Source: Macrostomum lignano (Eukaryota). From it: a stretch of DNA of 64,000 bases. The DNA lies in contig NIVC01002156.1 in the NCBI GenBank assembly GCA_002269645.1, positions 134,576-198,575 on the forward strand, in the 5' to 3' direction. Below are positions 58,113 to 64,000 of the stretch, piece by piece. The position numbers and the translations under genes are program-made. Below the pieces are notes generated by a model, which had not been told where the DNA came from, ran no database searches, and saw only the letters and a program-made list of their open reading frames with translations. How positions within the stretch are numbered: position 1 is the stretch's first letter; each line of letters begins with the position of its first letter.

Positions 58113-61100
58113 TTAGAGTTTATCCAGAGCCAGACGGGCAGACGATCGGCAATGCTGCCTCAGGTGATTCTCGTTGTTAATAGCCTGATTGCAGCCCCGC
58201 CATCGGCATTTTACTCCGCCACCAATATCACCGCAATGCACCCGTTTCAAGTGACTGCTCAAATCTTCGGCGCTAAGAAATGCTAGAGTACAATTCGACC
58301 AATAGCACCGGAAAATATTCGATTTCAGCGTTGGCAACTGGGTGATCGTGACGCAGCCGCGACTGTCCCCAGCAACCAGACACCTGGCCGACTCGAAGTA
58401 CTGAACTGAGGTGACGGCATTGCGGCCGGGACTGGCCCACACCACCACATGGGTGCAGCCGTCGGTTGGAACCGACTTGCCCGAAGCTAGCGAGGCCGGC
58501 AGCCGGTGACAACGCACTGAACCATCGGAGCAGCCAAGGAACAGCCAGGTGGATCGAACGCTAACGTGCAAACTTATTAGACGAATGTCCGAACTCGGAC
58601 AGCCGGTTGTGTCCGAACTGAATTGGCTGATTGGCGACTCCCAACGGCCGGATCGAAAAGTTTGCAGGCACCAGGAGGACAGGCAGAAGGCTATGGAGCC
58701 GGGCAGGGGGCAGCGGACCGCAACTGGGGGCGTTGGCTGCTTGATGTTAAACAGCAGTATGCCGCTGCGCTCGTCTCTGGGTTGGCAGGGGCGGATTTGA
58801 GAGTGAGGAAGGGCGGATTTGAGAGTGAGGAAGGGCGGATTTTAGAGTGAGGAAGGGCGGATTTGAGAGTGAGGAAGGGCGGATTTTAGAGTGAGGAAGG
58901 GCGGATTTTAGAGTGAGGAAGGGCGGATTTGAGAGTGAGGAAGGGCGGATTTGAGAGTGAGGAAGGGCGGATTTGAGAGTGAGGAAGGGCGGATTTGAGA
59001 GTGAGGAAGGGCGGATTTTAGAGTGAGGAAGGGCGGATTTTAGAGTGAGGAAGGGCGGATTTGAGAGTGAGGAAGGGCGGATTTTAGAGTGAGGAAGGGC
59101 GGATTTGAGAGTGAGGAAGGGCGGATTTGAGAGTGAGGAAGGGCGGATTTGAGAGTGAGGAAGGGCGGATTTGAGAGTGAGGAAGGGCGGATTTTAGAGT
59201 GAGGAAGGGCGGATTTGAGAGTGAGGAAGGGCGGATTTTAGAGTGAGGAAGGGCGGATTTGAGAGTGAGGAAGGGCGGATTTGAGAGTGAGGAAGGGCGG
59301 ATTTTAGAGTGAGGAAGGGCGGATTTGAGAGTGAGGAAGGGCGGATTTGAGAGTGAGGAAGGGCGGATTTGAGAGTGAGGAAGGGCGGATTTGAGAGTGA
59401 GGAAGGGTGGATTTTAGAGTGAGGAAGGGCGGATTTTAGAGTGAGGAAGGGCGGATTTGAGAGTGAGGAAGGGCGGATTTTAGAGTGAGGAAGGGCGGAT
59501 TTGAGAGTGAGGAAGGGCGGATTTGAGAGTGAGGAAGGGCGGATTTGAGAGTGAGGAAGGGCGGATTTGAGAGTGAGGAAGGGTGGATTTTAGAGTGAGG
59601 AAGGGCGGATTTGAGAGTGAAGAGGGCGGTTTTTAGATTAAAGAGGGCGGGTTTTAGATTGAAGAGGGCAGTTTTTAGATTGAAGAGGGCAGTTTTTAGA
59701 TTGAAGAGGGCGGTTTTTAGATTAAAGAGGGCGGTTTTTAGATTAAAGAGGGCGGGTTTTAGATTGAAGAGGGCGGTTTTAGATTGAAGAGGGCGGTTTT
59801 TAGATTGAAGAGGGCGGTTTTTAGATTGAAGAGGGCGGGTTTTAGATTGAAGGCGGCGGATTGTAGATTCAGGGCGCATTGTAGATTCAGGGGCGGAATG
59901 TGGATTCAGGGGCGGACTGTAGATTGAAGGGAGCGGATTGTAGATTGAAGGGAGCGGATTGTAGATTGAAGGAGCGGATTGTAGATTAAAGGGAGCGGAT
60001 TTTAGATTGAAGGGAGCAGATTGTGGATCAGGGGCGGATTGTAGATTCAGGGGCGGATTGTAGATTCAGGGGCGGATTGTAGATTCAGGGGCGGATTGTA
60101 GATTCAGGGGCGGATTGTAGATTCAGGGGCGGATTGTAGATTCAGGGGCGGATTGTAGATTCAGGAGCGGATTGTAGATTCACGGGCGGATTGTAGATTC
60201 AGGAGCGGATTGTAGATTCAGGGGCGGATTGTAGATTCAGGAGCGGATTGTAGATTCAGGGGCGGATTGTAGATTCAGGGGCGGATTGTAGATTCAGGAG
60301 CGGATTGTAGATTCATGGGCGGATTGTAGATTCAGGGGCGGATTGTAGATTCACGGGCGGATTGTAGATTCAGGAGCGGATTGTAGATTCATGGGCGGAT
60401 TGTAGATTCAGGAGCGGATTGTAGATTCAGGGGCGGATTGTAGATTCAGGGGTGGATTGTAGATTCACGGGCGGATTGTAGATTCAGGGGCGGATTGTAG
60501 ATTCAGGAGCGGATTGTAGATTCACGGGCGGATTGTAGATTCAGGAGCGGATTGTAGATTCAGGGGCGGATTGTAGATTCAGGGGCGGATTGTAGATTCA
60601 GGGGCGGATTGTAGATTCAGGGGCGGATTGTAGATTCAGGGGCGGATTGTAGATTCACGGGCGGATTGTAGATTCAGGGGCGGATTGTAGATTCATGGGC
60701 GGATTGTAGATTCAGGAGCGGATTGTAGATTCAGGGGCGGATTGTAGATTCAGGGGTGGATTGTAGATTCACGGGCGGATTGTAGATTCAGGGGCGGATC
60801 GTGGATTCAGGGGCGGACTGTAGATTGAAGGGAGCGGATTGTAGATTGAAGGGAGCGGATTGTAGATTAAAGGGAGCGGATTTTAGATTGAAGGGAGCAG
60901 ATTGTGGATCAGGAGCGGATTGTAGATTCAGGAGCGGATTTTAGATTGAAGGGAGCAGATTGTGGATCAGGAGCGGATTGTAGATTCATGGGCGGATTGT
61001 AGATTCATGGGCGGATTGTGGATTCAGGAGCGGATTGTAGATTCAGGGGCGGATTGTAGATTGAAGGGAGCAGATTGTAGATTCAGGGGCGGATTGTAGA

Positions 61101-64000
61101 TTCAGGGGCGGATTGTAGATTCAGCGGCGGATTGTAGATTCAGGGGCGGATTGTAGATTCAGGAGCGGATTGTAGATTCAGGGGCGGATTGTAGATTCAG
61201 GGGCGGATTGTAGATTCAGGAGCGGATTGTAGATTCAGGGGCGGAATGCAGATTCAGGGGCGGATTGTAGATTCAGGGGCGGATTGTAGATTCAGGAGCG
61301 GATTGTAGATTCAGGGGCGGATTGTAGATTCAGGGGCGGAATGCAGATTCAGGGGCGGATTGTAGATTCAGGGGCGGATTGTAGATTCAGGAGCGGATTG
61401 TAGATTCAGGAGCGGATTGTAGATTCAGGGGCGGAATGCAGATTCAGGGGCGGATTGTAGATTCAGGGGCGGATTGTAGATTCAGGAGCGGATTGTAGAT
61501 TCAGGGGCGGATTGTAGATTCAGGAGCGGATTGTAGATTCAGGGGCGGAATGCAGATTCAGGGCGGATTGTAGATTCAGGGGCGGATTGTAGATTCAGGA
61601 GCGGATTGTAGATTCAGGGGCGGATTGGTTAACAATGAAAATGAGCTACACAAAATTAAGTGAAACTCACCGAACAATAATAAGCTTGTCAGTCTGACAG
61701 CCAACTAAAGCAACGCGCCTGCCCTCGCAGACGGTCAGCTCCAGGCAGGACACCGGTCCGTCGCAGCCAATCCAGCCAGACATAAGTGTGGCGCTATTCA
61801 AATCGTACTTGCACACCCGGCCGCTGCCAGGCCCAGATAGATACAATCCCATCGATGACAGGCAGCCCATAGTTGAGCTTCTAGGCTGCTTCGCTTCAAC
61901 AAATCGCCAGTTCTAGTATTGTGCACAGACAGCACCGCGTCGGAGCCGCCGCTATAGATTCTAACACATCGATAGAGCAGCCAAGGTTAGTAACTACCAT
62001 ACAGTTCACCCGGCACTGGCTGCTGGAACTGCCGCCTCGCCGATATGTAGTTAAGCATTCGTGAGTCTGCAATGAGAACCGTTTAGCGGTGCCATCGCCG
62101 AGCCGGTGTACAGGAAACCGTTGCTAATTAGGGTGCAAATTATCTGATCTGAATTGTGCGCCTGAAATTTGCCAGGCAATGCCATTGTACTGGTTGGGGC
62201 CGATTCTTCCATTCTGGTGCGCTTTCGTTGCTCGCTTAGACTCAGGGTGGGTCTGCGCTGGGCGGCTGGGTTTGAGCTCTGCGGTTACTGTCGCTGCTGC
62301 TGCTGCTGCTGCTGCTGTCGCTGCTGCTGCTCTCGAATCGGCGTCTTGGTGCGAATTGGAAACCCATGGCTCTTTTTTACCGCTTGTCTCTGCTGTCTAC
62401 TGCTTATTTCTGTTGTCTACCGCTTATCTCTGCTGTCTACCGCTTATCTCTGTCTACCGCTTATCTCTCTGTCTACCGTTTATCACTGCTGTCTACCGCT
62501 TGTCTCTGTTGTCTACTGCTTATTTCTGTTGTCTTACCGCTTATTGCTGCTGGCTGCCGCTTATTTCTGCTGTCTACCGCTTATCTCTCTGCTGTCTACC
62601 GCTTGCCTCTGCTGTCTACCGCTTATCTGTCTCTGTTTACCGCCTACCTCTGCTGTCTACCGCTTATCTCTCTGTCTACCGCTTATCTCGGCTGTCTACC
62701 GCTTATCTCTGCTGTCTACCGCTTATCTCTGTTGTCTACCGCTTATCTCTCTGTTGTCTACCGCTTATCTCTGCTGTCTACGGCTTATCTCTGCTGTCTA
62801 CCGCTTATCTCTCTCTGTCTACCGCTTATCTGTCTCTGTCTACCGCTTATCTCACTCAATTTACCGCTTATCTCTGCTGTCTACGGCTTATCTCTCGCTG
62901 TCTACGGCTTATCTCTGCTGTCTACCGCTTATCTCTCTGTCTACCGCTTATCTCGGCTGTCTACCGCTTATCTCTGCTGTCTACCGCTTATCTCTGTTGT
63001 CTACCGCTTATCTCTCTGTTGTCTACCGCTTATCTCTCTCTGTCTACCGCTTATCTGTCTCTGTCTACCGCTTATCTCACTCAATTTACCGCTTATCTCT
63101 GCTGTCTACGGCTTATCTCTGCTGTCTACCGCTTATCTCTCTCTGTCTACCGCTTATCTGTCTCTGTCTACCGCTTATCTCACTCAATTTACCGCTTATC
63201 TCTGCTGTCTACGGCTTATCTCTCGCTGTCTACGGCTTATCTCTGCTGTCTACCGCTTATCTCTCGCTGTCTACCGCTTATCTCTGCTGTCTACGGCTTA
63301 TCTCTGCTGTCTACTGTTTATCTCTCTCTGTCTACCGCTTATCTGTCTGTCTACCGCTTATCTCACTCAATTTACCGCTTATCTCTGCTGTCTACCGCTT
63401 ATCTCACTCAGTTTACGCTTATTTGTCTGTCTTACCACTTTCTCTAAAAATTACAACTGCTATCCTGGATCACCGATATTTTAAGCACAAAACCGCCGAC
63501 AAGATTCAGCACTCACCGACTGGAAGATTTGGATGTACCCGCAACACTGGCAACTGCAGCAGCCAATAGTCGCTGCGGAATCAGAACTTTTATTATTATT
63601 ATTGTTACTTTTGAGCTTATTTCTAATATCCAAATCCACCACAATGACGTCATCGGAATCTGCCTCCACTTTAACATTCTTGTCTTTCTGCTTTTTATTT
63701 TCTTTTCGCACATTCCTACTAACAGTAGTAGGAATATTAGTTGTACTGCTACTAGTAATATCGGTGGACTTCTCAGATTTAACAACTCCAGCTTGCTGTA
63801 AAGAACGAGCAATACAGGCAAAAGTTGAGGAGACATTGTTGGTGTCATTCGTTCAGCAGCTGACGTTCTTGGCCTCTTAGCCGCTGGCGGAGCTGCAGTA
63901 CTCTCTTCATCGTCTGAGTCATCTCCATCATTATCATTATTATCGGCAGGAGCATCTCCAGTTGCAGTGGATGAATTAGCCGCTTGAGCAGACAGTCTCT
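58113..64000 (-). CDS. ZNF106: ZNF106-like WD40-repeat protein with two C-terminal C2H2-type fingers; 5'-incomplete and frameshifted as given. Exons >64000-63517, ~62270-61671, 58776-58113
   Basis: The C-terminus FRCYWSNCTLAFLSAEDLSSHLKRVHC…KCRWRGC matches the ZNF106 finger pattern as I recall it. WD40 segments LYTGS.DGTAKRF, IYSGGSD, HRWDCIYLGL, GPVSCL and VR|DERSGILL (phase-2 join) follow ZNF106 order. At least three 1-nt deletions break the frame, so this may be a pseudogene or an assembly error. Confidence 0.78.
58790..61625. repeat. Composite G-rich array: 22 bp GAGTGAGGAAGGGCGGATTT(T/G)A, then ~21-22 bp GATTGAAGAGGGCGGTTTTTA, then 19 bp GATTCAGGGGCGGATTGTA
   Basis: Fills almost the whole last ZNF106-like intron (58777-61670). 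Confidence 0.96.
62385..63425. repeat. ~20-24 bp minisatellite (CTGTCTACCGCTTATCTCT)
   Basis: About 45 units in a ZNF106-like intron. Confidence 0.95.

Noticed and set aside
54568-63569. Repeat-derived ORFs (MPDFGAISE, SPLTLC, SAVYRL types)
   Set aside because: Translations of minisatellites with no splice or homology support.

Overview
Intron-rich animal genomic DNA, not prokaryotic. The gene set and the dense intronic minisatellites suggest a macrostomid flatworm such as Macrostomum, but that is inference only. I reconstructed seven spliced genes by hand, checking splice sites and exon phases. Plus strand: a 5'-incomplete plexin, an LRR/EF-hand protein (LRRC74-like) and a complete isobutyryl-CoA dehydrogenase (ACAD8). 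Minus strand: a ~1419-aa unrecognised type-I membrane mucin-like protein with Gly/Thr repeats, a ~525-aa unassigned coiled-coil protein, a secreted lectin with three F-type lectin domains plus a WSC domain, and a 5'-incomplete ZNF106-like WD40/C2H2 gene broken by at least three single-base frameshifts. By a rough sum about 20 kb (~30%) is non-coding tandem repeat, and several repeat families recur at separate loci. Most long ORFs in the supplied track are artefacts of these arrays. Also present: a tRNA-derived SINE-like element, a TTA-flanked MITE and a dispersed element with conserved hairpins. Best leads are the Gly/Thr mucin, the FTL-WSC lectin, the ZNF106 frameshift cluster, the structured dispersed element and possible SL trans-splicing acceptors. 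I found no CRISPR array, rRNA or intact tRNA.
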